A stretch of DNA of 64,000 nt from the NCBI RefSeq assembly GCF_009914755.1, contig NC_060942.1; one strand, given 5' to 3'. The notes under the pieces are model-generated. The model had not been told where the DNA came from. It was given only the letters and a program-made list of their open reading frames with translations, and ran no database searches. Every line of letters begins with the position of its first letter. The stretch's first letter is position 1. Of the stretch, positions 1-44,881 are shown one piece after another. Source of the DNA: the human T2T-CHM13v2.0 reference genome, Homo sapiens. The position numbers and the translations under genes are program-made.

Positions 1-1009
1 TGGATGAGAGGTGAGCAGTAAAAACAGTGATGATGAAATTAACAATTTCCTCAATTTATGGCTTCATCATTCTTATTACAATGAAGAAAAAGTTTCTAGT
101 GATTTGTTGGAAAAACTGCTTCACTAAAATACTAGTATTTTTCTTTTCAGGAGAAACTACAGCCCTATATAAGCACAATGGTTGCAGGATGGAGTTTCAG
201 AGGGTGACACAGATGGTCTCAGGTGGAGGTGGCCCCACTAAATGGAGTGTAGTATGTGTAAAGCAGCCTGTGCCCACATCATCACCTGGAAATGGCCATC
301 CCATATCAGTATGACCTCAAGTCCTCATGGAGGTGCAAGTCCAAGTGGTCAAATAACCTGGCGTTGAAGGTGGCCTCCAGCTTGAAAGCAAAGATGTGCT
401 GAGATATCCTCTATAAATCACATTAGGGAGCCCTTGTGGAATAAGGCAGTTGATGCATTTGGTTTAGAATGGTAAAATCAAGGGGCTTGGATGTACAGAT
501 TCCAGTTCCCCTGAATGGGGACATGACCACATGAAGGACTGGCAAGTAAGAAGTTTGTAAATAATGTGGCTCTCAGTGTTGGAAACATTTGTCAGTATTT
601 TGTCCTTTTGAGTTTATGCAAGATCAGTAGGATGCTTTTGTCCCAATACTGCTCATGTTTTTCATGATGAAAATGTTTGTGTGTATATGTATGTTTATAT
701 TAATACTCTAACAAATGCCATGTGTGAAGTAAAAAAACACAGTAACTCACAAGTAGAAAGTGCGAGGTGAGTAACAAACACAATGAGTTTGTGGTCAACA
801 TCCTATGGCTGATGACCTCATATCCAGACTCAAGAGTCACATTTCAGAGGCCCCAGAGCTCTCATCATTGATAACCTCAATTTATTTCCAATGATAGACC
901 CTCATACACAGAGCAACAGACCTGACCCCTATGGTCTCCACACTGTCCTCTACATTGTCCCTTTCACTGTCCCTGTTGAAAATCAGTCGCCTATACAACT
1001 TTCACTGTC

Positions 1010-1401
<392 letters not shown>

Positions 1402-2729
1402 TAGCAGTGGATATTCAGGGAGGCTCCGACTTGTTACAATAGCCAGGGAGCATCCACACCACATGAATGCTGATGTGGCATTTCCCAAAGTATTCTCTGA
1501 GAACTAGTTTCTCAAGATGCTCAAGGGAAAAGCCACCCAGTCTGGAACACTGCCAAGATTTTCCTGGTTCACAAGGTTCACAACAGACATTTGCAACGTC
1601 TGAACTTATTTAACCTCGGGACCTATTTATCCGATGACATTTGTTAATATCTTGAGTCCCTCGTGTTCTATAGAGCATCTTCTGGAAAGCACTGAGTATG
1701 TGCATCTGAAATCTTTATTAGGGTCTATGTTTCAGGGAATCCAGTAAAGTGAGTGAAATGTGCCTTCTGCCTCTGTTGGTCTCCAACAGCATGAAATTTA
1801 TAGTCTCCACCCTAACTTCCCAGGTGAAAGGAATGTTTTTGTGACACAGAATCTGGAGCTAACTCCTAAAATTAACATCTGTTCTCAGTGTCAGGTCTCT
1901 GGAGGTCTGTTCCATCCTCTTCCTTACCCAGCCAACTTCCACCATCTCCCCATTTCATTAATCACTTCCTTCAGGAAGCCTCACCTCCCCTCTACTTCCC
2001 ACCAACCTAGCCTCCCTGCTACTTCCCACCAACCTAGCCTCCCCCGACCTGCCTGGAGTAACAGCCCCTCCTCAATACTTATCTCTACCAACATTCAAAA
2101 AATAAATGTAAAAAATACTTCTTCCTTATTTGCTTGGTGATGGGCACATAAAAGTAATGAAGAAATACTTGTGATTTAATCTCCAACTAGTATATTTGCT
2201 CTGTGAGGAAAGCATTATAACTCATCTTTTAGCTCTAGTAGCATGCAAGTACATAGTAGCTGCCCAATAAAAGCATTTCTTACACCAATACTTATTATGT
2301 ATATTATACATACAGCCAGCTCCTAACATCTCCTCAGAAATCAAAATATTAACATTCAAATTAATTTGTATATTAATAGAAAGTGACTGGTTTATAAATA
2401 AGTGCTCTTCCTGTCTAATAAGTGAATATTAAATATACAAGAGATGTTCATCCTAAAGACATTACTTCACATTTGCTGTCTAGGCCATGATATTTTAACA
2501 CAAAAGGAGATGGTTATTTGCCAATCACCATCTTCCGGTTTAAATCTGCATTAGGCTCCTCCTCCAGCTATAACAACAAGGGAGCCACCTTGTGTGCAAA
2601 AAGGTCTACAAGTCTCCATCCCTCAGGCTAAATTAAATAGGGTTCCACACACCCTTACAATGTCCAGCAACTCTGGAAAGATTCAGTTTTCTCTGACATT
2701 TTGAAGTAGAACTGTTATTATTCTAATTA

Positions 2730-3760
2730 TAAAAAAAGTTGAATAAATAAGGCAAGCAATAGATGGAAGAAAATCCTTGCAAATGTTTTTCTTTGTGGAA
2801 AAAAAACTTATTTATTGCCTATGTGAGCTAGTAACCAGAATATAAACAGAACTCTCAAAACTTGCAAGAAAACAAATACAATTAGAAAACATGCAGACAT
2901 GAATAAACATTTCATCAGAGATAATAGGCAGATGTCATATGAGAACATTAAATAAAGTTCAACATTATTATCCTTTAGAAAAATGTACATTAAAACAATG
3001 TGATATCAATACATATCAGTCAGTATGGCTAAGAGGATTTGAAAAAACAGAAATTCATTGATGATGGGAATGTAAAATGATAGTCACTCTGGATAACAGA
3101 GTGCTAGTTTCTATTAAAATTAAACTTGTAACTACCCTATGAGCCAGGAATTGTATGCTGGAAATATTTTCCAGAGTAATGAAAACATGTATTCATATGA
3201 AACCTAGTACATGAATGTACATAGCACTTTTATTCATAATAGCCACACACTGACTGAAAACAACAAATATGTTCTTGAAAGAGTGAAGGGTTACACACAG
3301 TATTTCATGGTAACATCCACACATGAAAACCCACAGCAATAACAAAAGGAACAAACTAAAACATAAACCAATTTAGATGAATCTCCAAGGAATTATGCTG
3401 AAGGAAAAGGGCCAATTACAAAAGGTTGCACAGGTTATGATTTCATTTATATAACATTATTGGAATGACAAATTTGCAGAAATAGAAATTAATGGTTTCA
3501 AAGAATCAGAATCAGAGTGGGTATGGTGGGGAGAAGGGAAGCGGATGTGGTTATAAGAGGAAAACGAGTTAATCTTCTGGTAGGTGAACCTACACATGTA
3601 ATAAAATTGCACAGAACACACACACATAAGAAAAAATTAATCTGGTAAAATGCAAATAGATGAGTAGGTTAATTCTATTACTGTCAATATCTTAGTTTTG
3701 ATATTTTTATAATCTTATATCTTACTATAGTTTTCTAGAGTTTTAAATAGTTTTATAATA
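2730..3760 (+). mobile_element. Old L1M 3' fragments
   Basis: Degenerate L1 ORF2 C-terminus and 3' UTR motifs (GAATCTCCAAGGAATTATGCTGA, ATGATTTCATTTATATAACATT). Confidence 0.6.
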
Positions 3761-3987
3761 TGAATAACCAATCTATTCCCTCAGCAGTGCTTTCTACAAG
3801 GCCAAGTCTGAAGTACTTTCCATAGCTTATCTCATTTAGTTCTTGAAACAATCATATCATGTTAGGCTTCTTAGAACCCCAGTTCCAAAGAAGCAAACTG
3901 AAGCCCACAAATGTGAAGGGACTTTCCCAAGACACAGATAATAGGTGGCTGAGTCCCCCTTGTGCTGTGGAGGGATGGAGCACTTAC

Positions 3988-4621
3988 CTTTTGGGCAGCA
4001 GGTCCAGGAGCTGTTGGGTGGGGGTGAACTCTCTCTAGGTGCACAGGAAGGAACATGAGGAGGTAAAAGAGGTGGCAGCTCTGGAAGGTGGGCACCACGG
4101 GCTCCTCCTGCTGCCCCACCACGCCTGCACTGATGGAGTCCACCTGCAGGTCTCATCCAGATTTAGGGCTGATTTATTTCCGCACACAGAGGGATAAAGG
4201 GGGGCCAATTAAAACAATGAGCCCTAGCAAATGCAAAAACACTCATGGTCATAACATGAAGTGAAAGTAAAATATAAATAATTTTCCTAGATATTCTTAC
4301 AAATATGTGAAAGCCGATTGTACACCTGAACAGTGCTGGGGTGAAATGGTGGGGCTGAAGGAAGGAAACAGACTCAGGGTCCCTTGGATTAAAACTGTGG
4401 GTCACTCAATAGGGAAAGCCAAGGCACAAAGTCCTGTGAGTCATCAAGGTGGAGTCCTGGCAGAAGGCCTTCTCAGCCATGTCTGGGCCCTGGTTATAGA
4501 GACCATCTCTACACCCACACCCCAATCGAGGCAGGAATGGCCATGACAGCATGGTACACCTGCCCCTCACCCAGGGAGATGAAGTGTCCATCAGTTCTTT
4601 GATGATGTTCTGTGTGGAGCT
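3988..4621 (-). pseudogene. RALGDS-like unprocessed pseudogene fragment (two exons, N-terminal/REM region)
   Basis: 4621-4519 encodes SSTQNIIKELMD..ISLG (RALGDS SSTQEIGEELING..ISLRK). 4184-3988 encodes NKSALNLDETC/VDSISAG..VVPTFQSCHLFYLLMFL/CT*REFTPTQQLLDLLPKR|gtaagt (RALGDS NESALNLYETCKVRTVKAG..LVPAFQGSDLSYVTIFLCTYRAFTTTQQVLDLLFKR). Confidence 0.8.
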
Positions 4622-4962
4622 CTGCAAAGACAAACCAGCAGTTAATCTTGCACGCAACAGAGCCCTGCTTGGCTGACCTGGCCTCTTCTGTCGAGTCTTT
4701 CCATTCCCCAAATCAGGCACAGACCAGAGTCTACATAAACCTCCTGCCCTCTACTTTTTCTCCTAAATGCATGAAAGGCAGAGCTTTTCAACATGAATAA
4801 TTTTAAGACATATAATATTCTCTAATATTCAGGAATAAAGAGGTTTCCTACTGATTATGTTTTTTGAGAATTTTATGCCCTGGTAGACCACAAATGAACA
4901 ATCTTTGTCAACACCATTTTGTTAATTTGTGTTTTCAAACTATTTTAATTCCATCCTATCAT

Positions 4963-5315
<353 letters not shown>

Positions 5316-5559
5316 CCTGTCTTTCACTTTAAAGAGGCACAGATGCTGGAAACTACTACCCTTACTGAATGCAGAAAAAGCAAACATATAAATTTCAACA
5401 TTTACAAGTCACATTTATGAATATATCTCTTATTTAGAGAATTACAATTTTAAACTATCAAAGGAAATGGTAAGGATACAAAATGTAGAGTACTTTTTAA
5501 AATAATAATAATTTATTCTCTATATGTTGTAAATTATTTTCTCATTACAAAACAACCTC

Positions 5560-6450
5560 ACCTAAACTAATATACAACCAATTTTGTTAAGTTTAGCTTT
5601 TTTAATAAAACAATAAAACTAAATTAAGACAATATTTTAAAAATTCAATCCAAATTGGGGGAAAAAAGCTATATAGTGGTAATATTTTATATCTCATTGG
5701 AATTAATATAAATATAAAGCAGATTCTGATAAGGTATATAAGGGCTAGAGAAAACAAGGAAGTAACTTCAAAAACATGAACAATTATATAAATTAAAAGA
5801 TTACATGGAAAGTAATAAGAAAGCAGTAAAGGAAGAATAAAGAAAAATACGTGAGACATAAAAATAGAAAGCAAAATGATGCAAATTCAACTATACTGAT
5901 AATATTACAGGCTATAAATAGATTAAATAATCAAATCCATTATTTGGAGTTTATCAGAAGTATAGAAACTTCTATACTCCAATGTAAATAATGGGCAGAA
6001 AAAGTGGGAAGATCAACAGGAAAACATAACACTTGAACACTGTAAACAAATATGAACTGATAGAATTCTCAAATTTATAGAATTTTCCACTCAAAATTAG
6101 AAGTACACATAAATCATTCTCCAGGATAGACCATATGCTAGGCCATACAGCAGGAAAACGTCAATAAAATTAACAGGATCAAAATAATCCAAAGTATTTT
6201 CCCTGACTTTAGTAAAAGGAAATTAAAAATAAATGAATGCAGAAAATGGGGGGAACTCACAAATATATGGAAATTAAAAATACTCCTAATTAATGTGTTA
6301 AAGAAAAAATGAAACTGGAAAATATTTTCAGATAAATGAAAATGAAGTTATGACATATCGAAACATGAGATGCAGCAAACTGTTCAGAGAAATTCATAGC
6401 AGTAAACACCTACATTAAAAACAAACAATTTTAAATTAATAACCTAATGT
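5560..6450 (+). mobile_element. Old L1M fragment (endonuclease region)
   Basis: CATTCTCCAGGATAGACCATATGCTAGGCCAT and similar L1 ORF2 motifs. Confidence 0.65.
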
Positions 6451-7654
6451 TTGGTAAAAATAGCTAAGGGCTAATTAACTACTCAACACACCTTGGGGAA
6501 CTTGTTAGAGTCACAAGTAATAACTTATGGAATCAACATTCTCCAAACTATTTGGAGTTTAATACCACTAAGGGTAAAAAAATGCTAAAGACAGCATGAA
6601 CTAGACATACCCGATAGTATATCATTACCATTTACTACCTGGAATCTTGAGCAAGGTGGAATAAGTTAACATTTTTGTCAGGATAAGACATTATTCAATA
6701 AGCAACAGTGTTAACAAATTAAAAGACATTTCATTTTATTCTTAAAAAAAAATTAAGTTTACAGACTGAATAAAGCATTTCAAAATCCAGTTTCCTCAAT
6801 CATCAAAATTACAGACTGCAAACATTCAAAAAGCATTCTTATTCTGATACCATGACCTATGTTAAAAAAATGTGTTCTCTCTTTTCTTAAACTGAGCCTA
6901 AGTATTTAGAGGATTGAATTAATAATCTATGTTCTACCAGAGAGAAGTTATTTGCACCACTCTCTGATATTTGTGATTTCTTTATTGTTATCACAGTAAC
7001 ATTCAGGACTTCTAACTTGCTGCTATGAAGATACATTAGAATATTAATGGACTAGCAAGACCTTTTAATGGGTAGTTGGTAAAACTATTCATATCTAAAA
7101 CTCAGAGTGTTTCTGTCTCACACTTTAATGCAGAACAATAATATTCTGAACACCTAACTCATATATGACTTATATTCAGTGTTGTAAGTCAAACAAAAAG
7201 AGCAACTCCATTTAGATTTCATCATACATCCTATATGCCAATGCTCTTAGTCTTCCATGGGAAACTTGTGAATGACGTCATGAGACATGTGAATGATGAC
7301 ATGTGAATGAGACATGTGAATGATGCCTACCTAACGTAGAAGGGACTCTCATGTCAGAGACAGCAATAATCAACCACAGTGGGGAAAAAAAAGGTTAATT
7401 TGAATTTAATTACATCAATAATACTTTCTCAATCATGAATACTGTGATTACAAAAATAAGTGAACATTGAATATAATTATGCCTCTCCATCAATGTCGTC
7501 CCTCTTTTTAAACATACAATTTAATTATCTAATTGAGTTTGAATTATTTGTTATAATAAACACACTGATTCAGAGTAATTTACGGAAGTGCTAGCACCTT
7601 AGTTCTTTCTAAAGTGACACTTCTAATTTTTATTTAATCTTCATTTTGATGTTT

Positions 7655-7764
7655 CAAAAATCATTACACATATGGGATTTCTATCCAGTATTGATTTTCT
7701 AATGTTGAGTAAGGTGTGAGCACCAGTTTAGGGTTTTAGCACATTCTTTACACTTGCAGGGTTT
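7655..7764 (-). pseudogene. Decayed zinc fingers in the proximal 3' UTR
   Basis: In frame after the stop: *KPCKCKECAKTLNWCSHLTQH*KINTG*KSHMCNDF*. Confidence 0.85.
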
Positions 7765-35122
<27,358 letters not shown>

Positions 35123-35125
<3 letters not shown>

Positions 35126-35310
35126 TTCTCGGCTTCAGGGGTGTCCTGGAGTCTTAGCTATAAATCATTCAATGCCAGCAGGTCACAGAGCGACGGAGTG
35201 AGTGGCAGAATCACCGAAGTCTCCCGGAGCAGAGGACACAAGGCAATGAAGCCCTAACCCCGCGCTCTGGCTGAAGTGAGACAAAGGCCGCGCCAGATTC
35301 CGGAAGCCGC
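35123..35310 (-). other. ZNF519: First exon (5' UTR ending in the ATG); transcription start approximate
   Basis: GAAATG|gtgagt donor at 35121-35122; leader GGCGGCTTCCGGAATCTGGCGCGGCCTTTGTCTC is typical of ZNF91-subfamily first exons. Confidence 0.8.
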
Positions 35311-35777
35311 CCCTTCCTCCCTGGCTGCGCGCCTGATTGGACAGTTCCCACCCCAGAGCCCTGATTGGATAGTAGTGCAGGCACCGCGACCTCAGGCCTT
35401 GCGTGTCAGAAGATGCTACCATACACTGCACGGAATGAGCCGAGAGTGACAGGCTCTTGGCTCCAGTCACTTTCAGGCAGGGCTTTCTGTCTGTGCTGCG
35501 CCTGGCTCTGCCCAGGGGTCATTTTTTTAGCATTGTGGTGTATAACGTTATGAAGGTTATGTTCGTTTATAAAACACACACACACGTTGTTCACAAATGG
35601 AAGCAATATAATGACAATTATTTAATATTTCAGATTTCATAACCTTTCTGGCCGCCGGTCTTTGGAGTGGGACACCTAAGATTTTAAGAGAGAAGCAATC
35701 CTCTAAAAAATAAAACGTTAGCTATTGTGAATTTTAAATGTCTTATTAGCCAGATCAAAAATAGTAATAAAAAGAGT

Positions 35778-36112
<335 letters not shown>

Positions 36113-38310
36113 TTATTTTTCATGTGTGGTCAACAAATAATTATAAATATTTTGGATCTAAATCTTTCAAACTCGCTGTGTATTTTATGTTTGCAGCACA
36201 TTTTACTTCAAACCAGCAGCCATGAGGGCTCTGATGCTCCGATCTCAGGGAGGTGAAGGCCTGAACACCTCTTTTTTTTTGTATTTCTAGGCTATTTATG
36301 ATTTTTAACACAGACTAAATCAAATTACTGTGCCTGAAAAACCTTTTGCTTTGAAGGCAAGTGACATAAAGACAGAGCTGCTGATATTTTTTCCTGCTGC
36401 AATTTAGCCAATCAGCAGAATATGCTTTGAAGGGTAAAGATGTTTTCTAAGACCCCACATTCAGGAGCAGCTATGGGGCAAATCCCTAAAGCACACATAA
36501 AAATCACATACAGCCAATGTATTCCTCACCCTGAATCAATGCTTCTCACCCTTGGCTGCATATTTCAATAACCTTGTAGAGGAGTGTTTAAAGTCTTCAA
36601 ACCCAAGTTGCAATGGGGTAATTAAGTCAATCTCTGGAGTGAGACCTAGGCAACAGTGTGATTTAAAGCTCTCGGGTGATTATAGCACACAGCTCAACTC
36701 CCATGTTACTGCTTTAAACCAACATCTTTTGGAGAGCCAGTTGAAATTATTTCTCAAATTAACATAGAAGTGTTTGCTGCTGAGTTGCGGCCTTTCAGTC
36801 TTGATTACTTACTTTCTATCCTTTGCAGAACTGACCTCTGCTACTTGTTTTGTTTCTGATTCACACCAGTTCCACACACACTGAGTGCACACTACGTACA
36901 GGGCCCTGTGCTAAGTGTCCTGGCCGTGGTGAGTACTATTGTGGAGGAAGGACTTTGCTGTAAAAAATTGCATTCCCCAAAACTACAACCATGCTACTTA
37001 CTCAATTGAGGTAAAAATGAAAGATCGAGGGGGACCCCCAAGAGTCAGGATGTGAATAAATACCTTGGAATATTAATACCCATCTCATGATGTCTGACAC
37101 TAAATGCCTCACTTTCAAACAAAACAATACCAAACATTGCTATTATTCTGTTAAGATTAAATATGTAATATTTAAATTTTATTGAATGACATGCATACAG
37201 AAATATATGTCCAAAGCATTAACATAATGCTCAGTAAATTATTACAAACAAATACATTTGTGTAGGCATAGGATAGAACTAGCCTTGTTTCTGCCACACA
37301 AACCACTTTCTCTTTTCCTCCCCTCCAAAAGTAACCACAATCTTAAGAGCTAATGTTGTAGATAAAGTTTGTCTTTTTATACAATTATTTTATTAGAGAA
37401 TATTTTAAACATATATGCAATAAGCAATGTAGTATAATAGACTGATGCTCAGCCTAAACATCTACTAATTATGTGCCATTTCTGTTTAACTTCTACTTCA
37501 ACTCATTCCCCATCCCCACTTTATTATTGTTTTTAGTTATTTTCTATGAGATAAGATGTATATACATTGAAACATACAATCTTTTCTGTACCTTTTTAAC
37601 AAATAAATACACTCATATAACCTTTTCCCTTTTAATTATAGAATTACCCCCACTTAACAATTATTAATATGCATGTGAATCACCTGGGAATATTATTTAA
37701 AAACCTGATTTTGATACGATATACTTGGGTTTTGCCTGAAAATCTGTATTTCTAACAAAATAGAGATCCATAGAGCACATGGTAACTACAAGGTGTCTTT
37801 TATCTAAAGCGTATAAAATTTGATGAATAAAATTAAGAAAAATTGAGCTCAGGTAAAAGAATACATTAAAATGAATATGCAATATGCTATCTATAGGAGA
37901 TTTGGTTACTAATGACTCACATTCATAGGTGGCCTTTACAGAATTACCCAAAATGAGTCATTTACACACCAAATGCACACAATTTTCATAGCTTCCCATT
38001 AAAATTATATTTAATGCCTTTATAAAATCTAACTCAGCTTTCTTACAAAATAAGTAACAACATTTTATATGACATTATAAGTTCCATCTATATTAAACCT
38101 AAACTTACATAATTTTATTAGGTAGGGTCTGTGTGTCTACCACCCAATATTCTTTTGGGTTCCACCATTTGCACAGGCACCACAGCTGAGGAGCACAGAT
38201 TCACCACACACAAGATGTTCCCTGCATCTTTTTCTTTCTCAGGGTATCAGTTTATCAGTCAATCAAGTCATGTGAGAATGGAGGTCATGTATTTCCTGGC
38301 ATAGAGTGTC

Positions 38311-39147
38311 TCATGGACCCTCTCTTCAGGGGAGAAAAATACTAGAAGGTTCTTTTAGGGGGCACTTCCTGGGACATGGGCTAAGCCATGTAAGGGATGA
38401 AGGCTCAGACCAGCAGGTATAGACTTCTCAGAAGGGAAAGATGAGGCAACCATTCTGAATCTGGACCTCTACCACTGCTTGTCCCATCTCATCAAGACAG
38501 TTCTGAGGGATTGTTCCTAATGTCTGGATGGTGGAGGTTGGGGAACAGTATGGGCTTTGATGGGACTCAGTTAAGATCCGTCATCGGAAGGCAGGAGGCC
38601 AGTGCTCAGCATCTGAATTTGTGTCCTTGTGGACAATGGGGTGCCTTTTTAGGTCCAAGTCCATTTTCACCAAAGAGGAGGCTGGAGACTCTGAATGGCT
38701 CCCAGATTCCATTTATGATACTTTTTGGGGTGGGGTCAGAATGGGTCTGAGTTTCAGTATCTTTGGGGAATTCTGAAAAGTCTGTTTGGGGAATCTGGAA
38801 AGACCTCTTGCCTGGTGCCCAAATGCTTGGTTTTCTGTCCTGGATTTATACATTCTTGGGAGCCAGAGAGCCAGTTTTGCATTCACACCAACACAACTGA
38901 GTCAGAAGTGGAAGCAGCCAAGACAGGTGTCTTGGTGACAGGTGTCTCATCTTTGCCTTAGTTCCTCCCATCAGTCTTGGTAAAGAGTCCTGGAGTCTGG
39001 AGCTGCTGGGGCTTTCCTGGTCCCAGGTTCTGCTTTTCCTTCTCATTTGGCCCAAAAGCTATGGGACTGTACCCTATCCTAGCACTTCACTGGGCATCTT
39101 CTGGTTCTGTCCATGTGCCCTAAGACTTGGTAGCTCTTTCGCTTTCT
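38311..39147 (-). pseudogene. FAM90A-like decayed pseudogene
   Basis: Collinear peptide matches across frameshifts to FAM90A as recalled: LGHMDRTRRCPVKC* (FGHTARSTRCPMKCW), EKEKQNLGPGKP (KEGKENLKPWKP), QTFQNSPKILKLRP (QACLNFPKKPRLGP), NLGAIQSLQPP (ELGAPENLQPP), QSLRTVLMRWDKQW*RSRF..SEK (QPLRVLFRRLENGRWSSSL..PEK), KNLLVFFSPEE (EDLQVSSSSED). Confidence 0.72.
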
Positions 39148-39519
39148 CTGTAGGTTGAAGAGAAGGGAGGTCAGTGAGTCCGAATCATCACAGGCAGCTT
39201 TCAAAGATTAATCTTAGGATGATTTTTTGAATTTAGGTATTGATTTCCTAGGACTGGACCCAGACAAGTGACATACTGGGTGTCTGAAAACTTATGATGC
39301 ATTAGTAATATTCACAACCCATTTTAAACTGAGAAACAAAAAGAAAATACCAAAATGGTAAGGGTTACGATAATCCAGGTAAGTTTATCAGCTCAGATTG
39401 TGAATCCTGAGCAAATTCTACAGAACACAATGTGGCTCCCAGGATGAATGAGGGAGGGTGAGATAGAGCAGAAGTTTCCCTCTCCAGCTGGGCTTTCTGC
39501 TGCCTTAGGAATTGGAAGT

Positions 39520-39580
39520 TGATTGAGTTAGCACTGGCTCCAATCTGATCAATTCAACGTGATCATATCTGATCTAATTA
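39520..39580. promoter_or_regulatory. DUX4-type double-homeobox motif cluster
   Basis: TGATTGAGTTA at 39520-39530 reads TAACTCAATCA on the minus strand (consensus TAAYYYAATCA); weaker copies CAATCTGATCA 39541-39551 and TGATCTAATTA 39570-39580. Confidence 0.55.
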
Positions 39581-40171
39581 TCCTTCCAACATTCAAGGGA
39601 TAAAGGAATATTCTATTTGGGGTTTACTTTTCTGCAGCCCTGTATATCTTAATGGCACACGCAGCCCAACTAGGCCTTCAAGATGCCACATCCCCTATCA
39701 TAGAATTTTATTTTATCATATATATATATATTTAATACAATCAAGTATAATTTAATATTTGTCATTTCCAAGCATTTGAAAAATTATGGCCTATATATAT
39801 ACACACACAATTGTAATACTATAATGATTTTCTTCATGTGCAAAATATATATACAACTGTTAATATATGGTCTGTTTAATTTTGCATTTTGAATCTGGGC
39901 AGAGTTTTGAGTACTCCTGGGTGGGAACTGGGCCGGGAAACAAAAGGTGATGAGCCTCCTGCATTCTAGTCCCGGTGCCTCCTGGTTTTGTTATATCTTG
40001 TTTTTTGATGCTATGGCAGGACTCTGCAAAAGTCTCCCCTTATGTGTGTCTAAATCCCCAGCATAATCACATCCTGAAACATTCCTTATGGAGGCTATGA
40101 AGAGCGGCAGGCAAGAGAAATCAATCTCTTCAGCCAGTAAGAGTGAGCCATGCTTATAAACAGGGGCTTAT

Positions 40172-42215
<2,044 letters not shown>

Positions 42216-42348
42216 GCGCTGGGGGCATCCAGACCTATTCAGCAGAGGATGCAGTTCTGGAAACAAGAACAGAGCTGCTACTTCTCAGATTCTTCCAAAC
42301 GACCGGCAGTGACAATTTTAGAAACACTTTGTTAATAAATAAAAAAAT

Positions 42349-42668
42349 TGGCCAGGTACAGTGGTTCATACCTGTAATCCTAACACTTTGGGAGGTCAAG
42401 TGGAAAGACTGCTTGAACTCAGGATTTGGAGACCAGCCTGAGCAATATAGTGAGACCCTGTCTCAAAAAAAAAAAAATTATTTAGGTGGAGCATGATGAC
42501 GTGTGCCTATAGTTTCAGCTACTCTGAAGGCAGAGGCAGGAGGATCACTTAAGCACAGAAAGTTGAGGCTACAGTGAGTTGAGGCTACAGTGAGTCATGA
42601 TCACACCACTGCACTGCAGCCTTGATGGCAGAGTGAAACTGTCTCAAAACAAAAACAAAGACAAAAAT
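42349..42668 (+). mobile_element. Alu (AluJ-type)
   Basis: Diverged dimer. Confidence 0.85.
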
Positions 42669-43218
42669 AAATGACAGAACCTTGCGCTGTCCTGAAAAAG
42701 GAACTTGAACAATATACTCAGAATTGGGAAATCTGGGTTTCCTTGAGGGCTAAGATTACTACATATTTTATATTTTCTGTTAGATATTTGATGTATTTTG
42801 GATCTCTTATGACAGTCAGTTGCTAAATAATAATTATTTAGAAAGAACACCCATCAAGAAGCTCTGAATTTAAAAGTAAAAATAAAGTCCTAACTGAAAG
42901 ACAGACAAGAACATCTTAACATGTGGCTTAGAAAAAGATAATCAGTTAAAATTCATTCATTTAACAAATATTTATGAAGCATTCACTACAAGGCGACACC
43001 ATGCTAAATACTCATGAAAGGATAAAGATGTAAAAATGTGAGAGCCAACAGTCTAGAGGGGAGAGAAACTTGTAAAGTAAATCATCACAATTGTTACAAT
43101 GGTGATGTGCAGCACAGAACAACGCGCATTTCTTTGTTCGTGGGTAGTGTATGTATGGGTAGTACCTGGTAACAGGCAAAGAAAGCTTCACAGAAATGGT
43201 GGTTTAAACTGCACTCTG

Positions 43219-43675
<457 letters not shown>

Positions 43676-44214
43676 TCACCACCTTTGGCCTCTCCCACTC
43701 CTGCCCTCTGTGGGGTGGCCCAGGTTGTGCCCAGCTAGGCAGCTCTGCTGCCCTGAGTTCTAAGTGCTGGGACAAGCTGTCTGTCCACTGATGACCTCAA
43801 ACCTCCGTCCAGGCTGCGTTCAGATTCTGCTCATCATCAAGCACCTCATTCTCTGAGGGCCCCAGAGGATCCTGTGCCATGATCCCAACTTCAGCCTGAC
43901 ACTGGGCATAGTGTGGGGAAACCTCCCAAGGTACAGGAGGGGAGAGAGGATTCTGCTGGGCATCTAAGGGGCTTGCTCTGGAGGGGGTCAGGCACCCCAA
44001 GGCCCAGCCTGGCCATGAGCAGCAGATGGGCCCTCTGGCCTCCTGCAGGGCGAGGATATTGAGTGTCTGACCCAGGGAGGCGTGCTCTGATCAGGTGGGA
44101 GTGCAAGCAAGCTCACCTGCAGGCTGGGCTGTCACAGCGGAGCAGGGAGAGCTCTCAGTGGCAAGTTTTACACAGATAGCCCCATGGAGAAAAGCAACTT
44201 ACTTTGCACAGTGA

Positions 44215-44881
<667 letters not shown>

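Noticed and set aside
27-700. Unique-looking sequence that might continue the RALGDS-like fossil
   Set aside because: I could not find a convincing match to downstream RALGDS exons or another protein by eye; tBLASTx would be needed
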